Below, piece by piece: positions 9,154 to 19,519 of a stretch of 64,000 bases of DNA. The notes below the pieces were generated by a model. The model had not been told where the DNA came from. It did not search any database and saw only the letters and a program-made list of their open reading frames with translations. Numbering within the stretch: the first letter of the stretch is position 1; every line of letters starts with the position of its first letter. The position numbers and the translations under genes are program-made. Source of the DNA: an uncultured Alphaproteobacteria bacterium (GTDB taxonomy: Bacteria; Pseudomonadota; Alphaproteobacteria; CAIYWZ01); assembly GCA_964497925.1 (NCBI GenBank), contig CAZCFE010000001.1, positions 6,460 through 70,459 of the forward strand, in the 5' to 3' direction.

Positions 9154-10464
9154 TTAACGTTTTTCAATAGGGATAAATGATCTGACCACATCACCCAAAT
9201 AAAGCTGTCTCGGCCTCCCAATTTTCTGTTTTGGATCTTCCATCATTTCCTTCCATTGAGCAAGCCACCCAACCGTTCTTGAAACGGCAAACAATACTGT
9301 GAACATTGATGTTGGAATTCCCATTGCGCGAAGAACAATCCCAGAATAAAAATCAACATTAGGATAAAGTTTGCGCTCAATGAAATATTCATCCTCTAAC
9401 GCTATTCTTTCAAGCTCAATTGCAAGCTCTAACAAAGGATCATCTTTAATTCCCAGCTCATCCAAAACATCATGACATAGTTTACGCATAATAGCTGCTC
9501 TTGGGTCGTAATTTTTATAAACGCGATGCCCAAATCCCATCAAACGAAATGTATCATTTTTATCACGAGATCTTTTTAAGAATTCAGGTATTTTATCTTT
9601 TGTTCCAATTTCTTGAAGCATTCTTAAAACTTCTTCATTAGCTCCACCATGAGCTGGCCCCCAAAGAGCCGCAATCCCAGAGGAAATACAAGCAAAAGGA
9701 TTAGCGCCGCTAGAACCTGATAATCGAACTGTAGAGGTTGATGCATTTTGTTCATGATCGGCATGCAAAATCATAATCTTTTCCAAAGCCTTTGCACAAA
9801 TGGGATTCACAACATATGGCTCACTCGGGAGTGAGAACATCATATTTAAAAAATTCTCAACATACCCTAATTCATTTTTTGGATAAGTATGTGGTCGCCC
9901 CATTGAATATGTATAAGCCATAGCTGCAATATTTGGCATCTTTGCAATAAGTCTATACGATGCTAGGTCACGCTGCTTTTCATCTCGGATATCCAAACTA
10001 TCGTGATAAAAAGCAGACAGCGCCCCAACAACTCCGACCATAATTGCCATAGGGTGCGCATCTCTACGAAACCCTTGATAGAATTTAATCAGTTGTTCAT
10101 GCACCAATGAATGAGAGGTAATTCTAAGGTCAAACATTTCTTTTTCATCTGCCTTTGGAAGCTCCCCATACAATAAAAGATGCGACACCTCAAGAAAGGT
10201 GCAATTTTGAGCAAGTTCTTGGATTGGATACCCTCGATACAATAAAACTCCAGCTTCTCCATCAATAAATGTAATTCTAGATTCACAACTAGCAGTAGAC
10301 GTGAACCCTGGATCGTAAGTAAAAAGTCCCGTTTGATCATAAAGCTTTCTGACGTCAAGAACGCCAGGGCCGCAATTACTTTCTAAAATCGGAAGATCCC
10401 AAGACTTTCCATTAATCGTTAGCGTCGCTATCGTCGCTTTTTTTTCTTCCATAACTTCAATCAC
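9154..10464 (-). CDS. gltA: Citrate synthase
   Basis: 436 aa. [14 protein letters not shown] catalytic-His motif and [14 protein letters not shown]. Confidence 0.9.
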   Translation of the reverse strand: MIEVMEEKKATIATLTINGKSWDLPILESNCGPGVLDVRKLYDQTGLFTYDPGFTSTASCESRITFIDGEAGVLLYRGYPIQELAQNCTFLEVSHLLLYGELPKADEKEMFDLRITSHSLVHEQLIKFYQGFRRDAHPMAIMVGVVGALSAFYHDSLDIRDEKQRDLASYRLIAKMPNIAAMAYTYSMGRPHTYPKNELGYVENFLNMMFSLPSEPYVVNPICAKALEKIMILHADHEQNASTSTVRLSGSSGANPFACISSGIAALWGPAHGGANEEVLRMLQEIGTKDKIPEFLKRSRDKNDTFRLMGFGHRVYKNYDPRAAIMRKLCHDVLDELGIKDDPLLELAIELERIALEDEYFIERKLYPNVDFYSGIVLRAMGIPTSMFTVLFAVSRTVGWLAQWKEMMEDPKQKIGRPRQLYLGDVVRSFIPIEKR

Positions 10465-10577
10465 CCCTCACGCATCATTATTAATATTCTAACAAAAAAA
10501 AGGTTAACAATTCCTAAATTTATGATACAGTTTGTTTAGAAAAAGTCTATTAATTTGATATATGGGTATAGATAAAA

Positions 10578-11291
10578 ATGCAAACACTAAAAAGCCCTAG
10601 CACGCTAGGAGAAATATTACATCAAAAACGTTGCTCTATGGGCAAAAGTGTTGATGAAATTTCAAAAAAATTACGCATACAATCCAAATTCTTAGAAGCT
10701 ATTGAAAAAGATGACTATAGCACTCTCCCAGGCCACGCATTTACAATTGGCTTCCTAAAAAGTTATGCTTTGTATTTAAATCTAAACCCTGAAGATTTAA
10801 TCGAAAAACTTAAGCAAAATCTTGATCCAGAAGAGCAAAATCTAGTCTTTCCTCAAATTTTGCCCGCGCAAATGTTTCCAACCAAAAAAATTGTTTACAT
10901 TTCTATCGTCACTTTGTTTTTAGTTTCTATAGGATTTTCAACAAAAGAAACAACACTACCCGTATATGAAGCAGATCTTGTCATGCCCGATCTCAAGCAA
11001 TCGTCCCCTTCTTTACAAAAAACACCAGTAAAACTTAAAACACTCAGCAAGTGTTGGATTGAGATTAAACATAAAGAAAAAGGTCTGATTTTTGATAAAA
11101 TGCTTGCTGCCGGGGAAGAATTTGAGTTGTTTTTCCAAGAAAATACAATACTCACCATAGGGAATGCGGCAGGAATCGAAGTTGTGATAAATAATAAAAA
11201 ATCAGGCCCGTTAGGACTAGAAGGTGACGTAATGCCAAACATTCCCCTAGACTCAAAAGAGGTATTCCTACAACACATCAAGGTAAAGTAA
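10578..11291 (+). CDS. rodZ: RodZ-like cytoskeleton protein (XRE-type HTH, TM segment, RodZ_C/DUF4115)
   Basis: N-terminal HTH LGEILHQKRCSMGKSVDEISKKLRIQSKFLEAIEKDDYSTLPGHAFTIGFLKSYA, one TM helix (IVYISIVTLFLVSIGF), and C-terminal CWIEIKHKEKG...ILTIGNAAGIEVVINN. Confidence 0.6.
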   Translation: MQTLKSPSTLGEILHQKRCSMGKSVDEISKKLRIQSKFLEAIEKDDYSTLPGHAFTIGFLKSYALYLNLNPEDLIEKLKQNLDPEEQNLVFPQILPAQMFPTKKIVYISIVTLFLVSIGFSTKETTLPVYEADLVMPDLKQSSPSLQKTPVKLKTLSKCWIEIKHKEKGLIFDKMLAAGEEFELFFQENTILTIGNAAGIEVVINNKKSGPLGLEGDVMPNIPLDSKEVFLQHIKVK

Positions 11292-11297
11292 ATCTGA

Positions 11298-11657
11298 ATG
11301 AATATATTTGAAAGACTAAAAAATGCCGAAGACAACGCCAATGATTTTGGATTCTCTTGGCCAAATGCTGACATTATTTTGGACCAGATAACAAGCGAAG
11401 TAACCGAAGTAAGATCTGCTATAAAAGATGAAACATCCGACCGCATAAAAGAAGAAATCGGGGATCTTCTTCACGCCACATTGTCTTTGTGCGTATTTTT
11501 AAATTTCGATCAAGAGGAAATATTAAACCTTACGATCTCAAAATTTGAAAAAAGGCTCCTAAAAGTCAAAGAGCTTTCCCAAGCACAAGGGTATGAGACT
11601 CTTAAAGGGGAACATTTTGATATTTTAATGCAATTTTGGAAGCAAGCAAAAGGATAG
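11298..11657 (+). CDS. MazG-like nucleotide pyrophosphohydrolase domain protein
   Basis: 119 aa. EEIGDLLHATLSLCVF matches the MazG 'EExGDLL' metal-binding helix. Confidence 0.5.
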   Translation: MNIFERLKNAEDNANDFGFSWPNADIILDQITSEVTEVRSAIKDETSDRIKEEIGDLLHATLSLCVFLNFDQEEILNLTISKFEKRLLKVKELSQAQGYETLKGEHFDILMQFWKQAKG

Positions 11658-11661
11658 ATAA

Positions 11662-12750
11662 ATGAAAATCATTTTCATTATTCTTTTCTGGTTTGCCTCT
11701 TGTTTGGCTCAAAACTATAAATATGAATGCAAAAAAGACAATAATCACATAATTCATATCGTCACACTTAACCCTGAAAGATATCGAGCCACACTTATTA
11801 AATCCCATGATCAAGTATTTGGAAAAGAAACTGTTGAAAATATGGCAAAAAGAACAAATGCCCAAATTGCTATTAATGGAGGATTTTTTGAAAGCGGCAA
11901 AGACGAGGATGGCATCAACAGCGGAACTATGGTATTGGATGGAAAAATTCTGGGACTAAAGTTTGCCATGCAGACTTGTTTGATCCAAGATGAAAATGGT
12001 TTATCTATCGAACAATTTAACCCCAGAATTCAAGCTCCTGTAAGAATTAACAAAGTAAACCGTCCATGCTTGAGCAATGATTCTGTTCTATATTCTCATT
12101 TTTGGGGGAAAACAACTTTAACCCCCATTCTTGGCCGCAAAGAAATCATTTTTGAAGGCAACAATCTAAAGATAATCATGAATGGGAATAACACCATCCC
12201 CATCGATGGCTTTGTCTTATCAATACCAACAGAACAAAATTTACCCGATCTATCTCAAATCAAATTCCTACCAGATTCCATTTTTTCAAGGAAAAAGTTA
12301 TCAATGATTATGGGGATACCTATGCTTATTGAAAATTCACAAAAAAAACTTCTTGATGGAACGAGTCATTTTTATTTATCCCCACACGCAAGAACTGCAA
12401 TTGGAATTAAACCTAATAAAGAGATTGTTTTAGTGATAGCGGAGCATTCCAAATCCAAAGATTTCAAAAATATCACCCTCGGAGAAGTTAATGAAATAAT
12501 CTCAAAGAATAAACTTGAAAATCCGACCATTAAAGAGCTTAGTGTCCTTATTAACAAGGAAATAACATCATCAAAAGCTACAGGATTAACCTTAAGCGAG
12601 CTTGCTGACCTCATGCTTGAACTTGGTTGTGAAAAAGCAATGAACCTTGATGGGGGAAGCTCGTCAACATTATTCATAGAAGGAAAAATTGTGAATGAAT
12701 GCACCTGCCTACCTGTTTCTGATGCGATTCTTTTCATTGACAATCCGTAA
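11662..12750 (+). CDS. Secreted phosphodiester glycosidase family protein (DUF2233/NAGPA-like)
   Basis: Signal peptide MKIIFIILFWFASCLA. AQIAINGGFFE and NLDGGSSSTLFIEGKIV motifs fit PF09992. Call is from memory of the family consensus. Confidence 0.35.
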   Translation: MKIIFIILFWFASCLAQNYKYECKKDNNHIIHIVTLNPERYRATLIKSHDQVFGKETVENMAKRTNAQIAINGGFFESGKDEDGINSGTMVLDGKILGLKFAMQTCLIQDENGLSIEQFNPRIQAPVRINKVNRPCLSNDSVLYSHFWGKTTLTPILGRKEIIFEGNNLKIIMNGNNTIPIDGFVLSIPTEQNLPDLSQIKFLPDSIFSRKKLSMIMGIPMLIENSQKKLLDGTSHFYLSPHARTAIGIKPNKEIVLVIAEHSKSKDFKNITLGEVNEIISKNKLENPTIKELSVLINKEITSSKATGLTLSELADLMLELGCEKAMNLDGGSSSTLFIEGKIVNECTCLPVSDAILFIDNP

Positions 12751-12821
12751 TTTCATATTAATTTAGAATAAAAAGAACTGATTATTTGACATACTTTCAC
12801 ATTTTAGCATAGTATTTAAGA

Positions 12822-13553
12822 ATGAATGAAAATATACTTATGACAGCGATGAATGATTTAGCACTTGCTTATCAAATTTTAGCCCATCTTAAGATGGATG
12901 ATTCAACTTATACACATTTATCAGCAAGATCGAATAAAGAGCAATACTACCATATTTACCCTTTTGGCTTATTTTTTGAAGAGGTCACAGAGAAAAATTT
13001 GCTCACAGTTTCTTTGAAAGGCGAAATTATCAAAGGTGAAGAATACCAATACAATCAAACAGGGTATATCATTCATGGGAACATTTATCAAAACCGCCCA
13101 GAAATCAATGCTGTCTTTCACTTACATACGCCAGCAACAGTTGCTGTCTCTGCCCTAAAAGAAGGTCTTTTACCTATTAGTCAATGGGCACTTCATTTTT
13201 ACCAAAAAATCGCATATCATGAATATGATTCCTTGGCTCTTGATTATGACATCCAAGGCGGTAAACTCGTCAGAGATTTAGGAGATAAGCGTGTTATGCT
13301 GATGAGAAATCACGGCATGATCGCCTGTGGGGAAACCATTCATGAGGCACTTTTTTACGCATATCACCTTGAACTTGCATGCAAAACACAACTCATGATT
13401 TTAGCAAGCAACCAAGAATTCATCATGCCCTCACACGAAATATGCGAGAAAGCAGTTAGGGATCTTCTCTCTTTCGAAAAAGACCTTGGAAAACGAGACT
13501 GGAATGCCTGGGTTCGGAAAATTTCAAGAAACAAAGGAGCGGTCAATGCGTGA
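12822..13553 (+). CDS. Class II aldolase/adducin domain protein
   Basis: 243 aa. [15 protein letters not shown] and [14 protein letters not shown] are metal-binding His motifs of class II aldolases/adducins. Confidence 0.6.
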   Translation: MNENILMTAMNDLALAYQILAHLKMDDSTYTHLSARSNKEQYYHIYPFGLFFEEVTEKNLLTVSLKGEIIKGEEYQYNQTGYIIHGNIYQNRPEINAVFHLHTPATVAVSALKEGLLPISQWALHFYQKIAYHEYDSLALDYDIQGGKLVRDLGDKRVMLMRNHGMIACGETIHEALFYAYHLELACKTQLMILASNQEFIMPSHEICEKAVRDLLSFEKDLGKRDWNAWVRKISRNKGAVNA

Positions 13554-14250
13554 GATTGTTCTTGATACAGAAACAACAGGACTTTCTTGGGATCAGGGAG
13601 ATAGAATTGTCGAAATCGGTTGCTTAGAGCTGTTTGATCGGGTTCCCACAGGAAAAACTTATCAACAATATATTAATCCATTACGCTCAGTAAACCCTGA
13701 AGCAACAAAAGTATCTGGTATTACAACAGAGTTTTTACGAGATTTTCCGACATTCGATAAAATCGCAGATGATTTCTTAAGCTTTATTGGAGAAGACACG
13801 CTTGTGATTCACAATGCAAATTTTGATATTGGCTTTTTGAATATGGAACTGAGAAAAATAAAAAGACCTTTAATTTTAGAAAATCGGGTTATTGATACAT
13901 TAAAATTGGCCAGAAAAAAAGTCACCAGCGCAAAATATAATTTAGATGCACTGTGTGCAAAATTTGAAATTGACACATCTGCAAGAACTCTACACGGAGC
14001 TTTGGTTGATTGCGACCTCCTGGCAAAAGTATATATGGAACTTTGTGGAGGCCGGCAGAAAACATTCTCATTTTTAAGCACAGAAAGTGAAGCTATTGAA
14101 TACCAAGATCAATCTCACAGGCCAAAACGTTATTTCAATATATGTGAAGAAGAAAAACGTTTACACCTAGAAGCGTTAACCAAAATAAAAAACCCAATGT
14201 GGCTTGAAAATAAGGCCTTTGAAAACATTATGAAAAGAGGTATCAAATGA
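13546..14250 (+). CDS. dnaQ: DNA polymerase III epsilon subunit (3'-5' proofreading exonuclease)
   Basis: Exo [14 protein letters not shown], Exo [15 protein letters not shown], Exo [17 protein letters not shown]. The ATG at 13546 gives a ~235-aa product. The upstream part of the track ORF overlaps the aldolase gene. Confidence 0.8.
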   Translation: MREIVLDTETTGLSWDQGDRIVEIGCLELFDRVPTGKTYQQYINPLRSVNPEATKVSGITTEFLRDFPTFDKIADDFLSFIGEDTLVIHNANFDIGFLNMELRKIKRPLILENRVIDTLKLARKKVTSAKYNLDALCAKFEIDTSARTLHGALVDCDLLAKVYMELCGGRQKTFSFLSTESEAIEYQDQSHRPKRYFNICEEEKRLHLEALTKIKNPMWLENKAFENIMKRGIK

Positions 14251-15068
14251 TTTATCTGTTTATTGCAATAATAATTTTAGCGTTAATAATCGATCTTAAA
14301 TTTGCCATGACCAAAGAAAACAAAACCTCCATCAAAGAACCTTTACTTTGGAGTGCATTTTGGGTGTTTATCAGTATTGTTTTTGGAGGGATTGTATACT
14401 ATCAACAAGGTGAAGAACTTGGAATTCAATTCCTTACAGCATATATGATCGAAAAATCCCTAAGTATTGATAATTTATTTGTGTTTATAATTATCTTAAG
14501 CGGATCAAAACTCACCCACGCAAAAGAAAGATCCGTCCTCCTTTATGGAATTTTAGGCGCAATTATTATGAGAGGTCTGTTTATCTGGGCTGGTATTGAG
14601 CTTGTTCGCCACTTTTCATGGGTATTTTATATCTTTGGTATCATGCTTATTTATATGGGAATTAAAATGTTCTATCATGAGAGCGCTCAAACTTTTAAAC
14701 TAAGCCCAAAATTGAAACTTAAACCATTTGGGGCTGCAATTCTTCTTGTTATGTGGGCGGATCTTATTTTTGCAATCGATTCTATTCCTGCTGTAATCGC
14801 GATCACAGAAGATAAATTTATTGCCTACACGTCTAATATTTTTGCAATTTTAGGATTGAGATCTTTATTTTTTGTATTAAAAAATACATCCAATAAATTA
14901 CCCCTTATCCGTTTTGCTATTGGAATCATCACCATCTTCGTTGGAATTAAAATGTTCATCAATCCCATTTATCACATCTCTTCTTTGGTGTCATGCTTGA
15001 TCATACTTAGCGTGTTATTGCTTGGTGTCATTGCATCTATATATTATAGAAAACATCAAGAAGAATAG
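14247..15068 (+). CDS. TerC family integral membrane protein
   Basis: 273 aa, multi-TM. EKSLSIDNLFVF and SIPAVIAIT are TerC signature segments. Confidence 0.65.
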   Translation: MIYLFIAIIILALIIDLKFAMTKENKTSIKEPLLWSAFWVFISIVFGGIVYYQQGEELGIQFLTAYMIEKSLSIDNLFVFIIILSGSKLTHAKERSVLLYGILGAIIMRGLFIWAGIELVRHFSWVFYIFGIMLIYMGIKMFYHESAQTFKLSPKLKLKPFGAAILLVMWADLIFAIDSIPAVIAITEDKFIAYTSNIFAILGLRSLFFVLKNTSNKLPLIRFAIGIITIFVGIKMFINPIYHISSLVSCLIILSVLLLGVIASIYYRKHQEE

Positions 15069-15073
15069 TTGTA

Positions 15074-16177
15074 TTACGGAGTAAAGTCAACATCGTCCAT
15101 AGGTAATTTTAGCCTCAAAGCCAATTCTTCTATGATATGATTATTTTGACTCAAGTAATAAATAGCTGAATCGATTAATCCAAGCATATTTTCGGAAGAT
15201 GTATTGTCTATAGAATCATGTTTTCCATCAAGAACCGTATTAAGCCTTGTGTATTTACTTCCATTTCTAAATTCTTGGTATGATTGACTTAAAAAATGTT
15301 CTTCTGCTCTCATATGCCCTAGTGATAAAAGTTTTGGCAAATGAGGAAACCATCCAAATAGGCCTAGATCCTTCATATCATTGTGATTCATAGGACCATG
15401 ATCAGCTTGTCCAGTAGCAATAGATACAATATCAAAACATCTTGCTCTTGGGAAAAGTCTGAATGCATGGTGCATGGTTGTAAGAGTTGGATCACATGCT
15501 CCAAGTCCTCCGTCTATAAAAATACGTCTGGAATCATCAATTGAGGAATATATTTCCACAGGGGAAAAATACCCAGGGAAGGCAGAGGTTGCTGCAACAA
15601 CATCGACTTTTGAATACTCATTTTCCTCCCAACTTGATAAAGCGGCTATTGATTTTTTATGTGTGTCAAACACCAAAACAGCACTTGGTTTTGTAACATT
15701 TTTTGTTGTCCCGCTCCCTAGGTATTCCGATAAAACCGACTTAAATTCATTGATCTGATATTTTGGTCTCACGAATCCATAAAACGACCAAGGATTATAA
15801 GTAAATACGCGGCCTGATTTTTGAATCAACATTGATAAAAGATCTTCAGCGGTATATTTTGGATAAGAAGGGTTATTTTCATCAGGATGTGTCAAAAAAG
15901 TTGAAACGATTCCCCCTGCTGATGTCCCAACAATCAAATGAAACATCTCGCTTATACGTTTTTTTGTTTTCTTCTCAAGAGCTACCAAAATGCAGGCTGT
16001 AAATATAACTTTCATTCCACCTCCATCAAGAGTTAGAATACGCGCCGTTCCTTGATCATAAATCTTGGGTTCTTGGTGAAAAAATTCATCTGATGCGAAA
16101 AATCTTGATTGCATAAAAAAAGTGGCTATAAAGGCCACCACACAGAACCAGATAGAATGATTTTTGAATGTCCTCAT
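15074..16177 (-). CDS. Patatin-like phospholipase (PNPLA)
   Basis: N-terminal hydrophobic segment, DGGGMK oxyanion motif, GTSAGG (GxSxG nucleophile elbow), and catalytic-dyad Asp in FIDGGLGACDP. Confidence 0.7.
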   Translation of the reverse strand: MRTFKNHSIWFCVVAFIATFFMQSRFFASDEFFHQEPKIYDQGTARILTLDGGGMKVIFTACILVALEKKTKKRISEMFHLIVGTSAGGIVSTFLTHPDENNPSYPKYTAEDLLSMLIQKSGRVFTYNPWSFYGFVRPKYQINEFKSVLSEYLGSGTTKNVTKPSAVLVFDTHKKSIAALSSWEENEYSKVDVVAATSAFPGYFSPVEIYSSIDDSRRIFIDGGLGACDPTLTTMHHAFRLFPRARCFDIVSIATGQADHGPMNHNDMKDLGLFGWFPHLPKLLSLGHMRAEEHFLSQSYQEFRNGSKYTRLNTVLDGKHDSIDNTSSENMLGLIDSAIYYLSQNNHIIEELALRLKLPMDDVDFTP

Positions 16178-16423
16178 AATACATACTCCTTCTGATATTT
16201 TATGCTGTTATCAAAACATAAATTAATTAGCTTTGAGTTAAAAACAATTGCAAATTTGAGCAAATTTCAATATAAATTGAATATTTACGCTGTCCTGATG
16301 AGAGCAAATTAAAAATAAATCATTCATAAATTTAGTGATTACAAAAAATTAAAAGATTTGTTAAGATAATAATGTGATAGTATAAGATAAAATTGATGTT
16401 ATTATTGTAAATATGGGCTGTTA

Positions 16424-16900
16424 ATGAAAACGTTAATCATCATGCGACATGGAAAACCAGTAGAATTTGGCGAAGGATTCGTTGATTTTGATCGTCCTTT
16501 GACTTTTTCTGGATTATCATTCATCAGATTACAGGCCAATAAATTACAAACGATTTCGCCTACTATTGATAGTATTGCGTATTCTCCATCAAAAAGAACT
16601 TCAGAAACCATGGAAATTATATCTTCAATTTTCCCTTATTCTAAAAAAAACTCTATTGAGAAAATTTATGGAGCAAGAGCTCCTATTTTGGAGGATATTA
16701 TTATTGATTTCCCCACAAATACACAAACATTATTATTGATTGGACACAACCCTGGGATTAGCGATCTTTTTGGAAATTACACTAGAAATAAACCATTATT
16801 TTCTCCTGGATCGTTCGGCATTATTCGCTTTGATATAGAACAATGGAGTGAAATAACCTATACGAAACCCTATTCATCAAGTTATCATCATGGCAAATAA
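16424..16900 (+). CDS. sixA: Phosphohistidine phosphatase SixA-like (histidine phosphatase superfamily)
   Basis: 158 aa. IIMRHGKP (RHG catalytic motif) and LLIGHNPG. Confidence 0.65.
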   Translation: MKTLIIMRHGKPVEFGEGFVDFDRPLTFSGLSFIRLQANKLQTISPTIDSIAYSPSKRTSETMEIISSIFPYSKKNSIEKIYGARAPILEDIIIDFPTNTQTLLLIGHNPGISDLFGNYTRNKPLFSPGSFGIIRFDIEQWSEITYTKPYSSSYHHGK

Positions 16901-18473
16901 AACGATATTATACATTCTTATCGGATTCTTCTCTTATTCAGCAGTTCTTTATTCAGCAGGAGCGGCCGCTTCTGCTGCTGGGGCCGATGCTGCTGCAAAA
17001 AACACAGCTAACTCTGTCCCTCCTTTTGAACAAGAAAAAACAAGTGATGATGAGGATGAAGACTCTCCAGCTCCAGCTCCAGCTCCAGCTCCAGCTCCAG
17101 CTCCAGCTCCAGCTCCAGCTCGAGCTCGAGCTCGAGTATCATCATCCACGACACCTCCTTTTGAAGCAACAGATAAATCTGAAGAACCCGAGAAAAGTGA
17201 AGCCGCTCCAACACCCCCTGCTGAGCCCGCAACACCAGAACCTGCTGAGCCGGTCAAAACTGTAGAACCCGCGAAAGCTGAAGAAATAAAACCTGCAGAC
17301 CCAATTAAGAAGGTAGATTCGGTGGCTCCTTCTATTCTCGCAAAGCCCATCGCGCCACCGGCACCTCAAGTCCCCCTTAACAACAAAACATATCAACAAA
17401 TCATGGAAAACCCAACAAACCCTTGGCTAGATGAAGAAGTCTCTTTAGATGCAAAAGCACGCTTAGAAAGAATGAGAAACAGTGCGCCAGTCACAGGAGC
17501 GGACATAAAGTTAAAATCTTTATATCCAGCATGGAGAGATGCTATTGATCAATACCCACCATGGCAAGAAGCTTTAACAGCCTACCCTAATTGGAACCCA
17601 ACTGCTTACACCGTAGGATACAAGGCTTGGAATCTGTCTACAAAAGATCCTCAAGGTATTGCTCTTGCTTTAGCAGAAAGTAAATACGACATTAACAATA
17701 TGAATTCTTTTGGTGGGTATGTAAAAACGCTCGAAACAAGTGGAGCACTTCCAAATACTCAATTTGCAAAAAAAGAAGATAGAAGCGGGGCCTTAGCCTC
17801 AACAGAACCATCCGCGTCCTCTGCAACAGTTGCAGGGCTTGCTGAAGACACCACCCCTTTAATGGCCGCATACCTTTTATTGCAAAGCGGAGTTGATGCT
17901 TGGGAGGCTCCAGATAGACTTGGAAAATTACGCGGCATGTCGTGTATTATGGCCTCAAAAGCACAAATCACTGTAGCAAAAGCAATTGCTCTTGGATATC
18001 CTGTTGACGTCACCGCAAAAGCAAAAATCCCGGCATCTCAAGCATTTTCAAGCTCAAAAGAAGCAGCAACTGCACAAGATCCGAATAGATTAAGCTCTCT
18101 TTATGAAATGATTGTCACATCTACCATGGATGCCGTCAAAATAATCGGCCTTTCACCCACACCAAAAACAAAACCCACAACAGATCAAAACGTCATCACA
18201 TTAATCACCGATGCGGATGCAAAAATTTCATATGTAATTGGGCTTATTTCTCAAGGGACAAATGGAGGGCCTGATCAAACTCAAAAGATAGGATCTTTAC
18301 GCACAGTTGTACAACAAATTAAAGCTGCACAAACGAGCCTTGCGCCGCAGGCTACTCCAGAAGCCACTCCAACGACCGGGGTTCCTCCCCCTGCCATATC
18401 TGCCGAGGCAGCAGCATCCGTACTTGCTCCAGCTCCGACTCCGCCCGCAGAAACGCAGGCTCCCATACCTTAA
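16890..18473 (+). CDS. Secreted alanine/proline-rich protein with a (PA)n repeat
   Basis: Signal peptide MANKTILYILIGFFSYSAVLYSAGA, acidic stretch DDEDEDS, PAPAPAPAPAPAPAPARARAR, then a long P/A/E-rich linker and a ~350-aa globular C-terminal region with no family I recognise. Confidence 0.55.
   Translation: MANKTILYILIGFFSYSAVLYSAGAAASAAGADAAAKNTANSVPPFEQEKTSDDEDEDSPAPAPAPAPAPAPAPAPARARARVSSSTTPPFEATDKSEEPEKSEAAPTPPAEPATPEPAEPVKTVEPAKAEEIKPADPIKKVDSVAPSILAKPIAPPAPQVPLNNKTYQQIMENPTNPWLDEEVSLDAKARLERMRNSAPVTGADIKLKSLYPAWRDAIDQYPPWQEALTAYPNWNPTAYTVGYKAWNLSTKDPQGIALALAESKYDINNMNSFGGYVKTLETSGALPNTQFAKKEDRSGALASTEPSASSATVAGLAEDTTPLMAAYLLLQSGVDAWEAPDRLGKLRGMSCIMASKAQITVAKAIALGYPVDVTAKAKIPASQAFSSSKEAATAQDPNRLSSLYEMIVTSTMDAVKIIGLSPTPKTKPTTDQNVITLITDADAKISYVIGLISQGTNGGPDQTQKIGSLRTVVQQIKAAQTSLAPQATPEATPTTGVPPPAISAEAAASVLAPAPTPPAETQAPIP
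17067..17136 (+). repeat. Hexanucleotide microsatellite (CCAGCT)9 followed by (CGAGCT)2, in frame inside the secreted A/P-rich gene
   Basis: Direct reading: ccagct x9 at 17067-17120, then cgagctcgagctcgag. The low-complexity repeat also creates the spurious antisense ORFs in the track at 16949-17399. Confidence 0.9.
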
Positions 18474-18977
18474 TTATATTTTTTTAGAAACGAAAATAGC
18501 CGCCAACGTGAAAGCCCTGATTCCGGCAGCAAACAAAGTATACACTGGAGCATCTTTTGCCCCTTGCTCAAGAGCTATCTCTTTATGATGAATCTCATCT
18601 TCACGAAATTTTGAAATTCTCTCTTTTAATACTTTCTCTTTATCATCAAGAGTTTTTAGTTGTTGTAAATAATGGTCATCTATAATTTCCTCCACAGCCT
18701 GAGTGCAAGCCATAGCTGCAGACTTTCCTATCTTTCCTGATATAAAACCAAGGCTATACCCCAACATAGACCAAAGCGGTAAAAAAACAGTGGGGCTTAT
18801 TTTTCGTAAACGCATTTCTTCCTCAAATGCGCTTAAATGTTCTCTTTCTTGCGACAACATCTCTTGAATAAGATGGTTTTCCCCTAAAGCATCAATTTGC
18901 CCTTGATAAATTCGAACAGCACCAAACTCACCTGCATGATTAACCCTAATATAAGAGTTTAACGTCTTTTTATCCAT
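18474..18977 (-). CDS. coq7: Demethoxyubiquinone hydroxylase, Coq7/CLK-1 family (di-iron carboxylate)
   Basis: From MDKKTLNSYIRVNHAGEFGAVRIY. Has two E..H-type di-iron motifs (QEREHL, EDEIHHKE). The extra 31 N-terminal codons in the track ORF overlap dsbB. Confidence 0.7.
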   Translation of the reverse strand: MDKKTLNSYIRVNHAGEFGAVRIYQGQIDALGENHLIQEMLSQEREHLSAFEEEMRLRKISPTVFLPLWSMLGYSLGFISGKIGKSAAMACTQAVEEIIDDHYLQQLKTLDDKEKVLKERISKFREDEIHHKEIALEQGAKDAPVYTLFAAGIRAFTLAAIFVSKKI

Positions 18978-19519
18978 AACACTCCTGACATGCCAAACAA
19001 TCCTAAAAATATCAATAGATTCCACTGCGTCGCTGAAATACCAAAAATACGCAAAGCGACCTGATCGCATCGAACCGCAGGTCTTGCCATTAAAGCTTTT
19101 TCTAAATCATTTATTGATAACCCTTTGAAATTTTTAATTCCTGAGCATGAAAGGGGCGGAGAGAAAAATTTCATTTCTACTCCTGAGTGATAAAAAGAAA
19201 TTCCAGCTCCCATCATAAAAATAAACGCACACAACAACAGATATCTCTTCTTAAAAAAATGAATGATCCAAGTAAGCCCAAACCAGCCTAATGATATACC
19301 ATCATGAGGAATAATATGCGAGATATTCAATAATTTTTTGGTTCCAAAAAACCGTGCTCCACTAAGAAAAAAAGAGCACCAATAGGGAATACGTTGATAA
19401 ACACATAACACACAAGGCTCAATTCCCCACGCATGCTCAGCATAGTACGCAAAAGAAAGAGCTCCCGCAGAAATCATAAAAATAGCCAAGGTATAATATC
19501 TACTCAAAAATTCGATCAT
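18959..19519 (-). CDS. dsbB: Disulfide bond formation protein B
   Basis: 186 aa, four TM helices. First periplasmic loop has the Cys pair CVLCVYQR; second loop has C..C (SCSG...C). Confidence 0.6.
   Translation of the reverse strand: MIEFLSRYYTLAIFMISAGALSFAYYAEHAWGIEPCVLCVYQRIPYWCSFFLSGARFFGTKKLLNISHIIPHDGISLGWFGLTWIIHFFKKRYLLLCAFIFMMGAGISFYHSGVEMKFFSPPLSCSGIKNFKGLSINDLEKALMARPAVRCDQVALRIFGISATQWNLLIFLGLFGMSGVLWIKRR

Noticed and set aside
16949..17399. Four overlapping antisense or alternate-frame ORFs (133, 92, 75, 85 aa) full of GAGAGA/LQLQLQ/ELELEL repeats
   Set aside because: They are translation artefacts of the (CCAGCT)n microsatellite and the A/P-rich codon bias in the real plus-strand gene at 16890-18473.
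18307..18588. 93-aa plus-strand ORF spanning the end of the A/P-rich gene and the start of coq7
   Set aside because: It overlaps two well-supported genes on both strands and is arginine/leucine-rich from GC-rich codons read out of frame.
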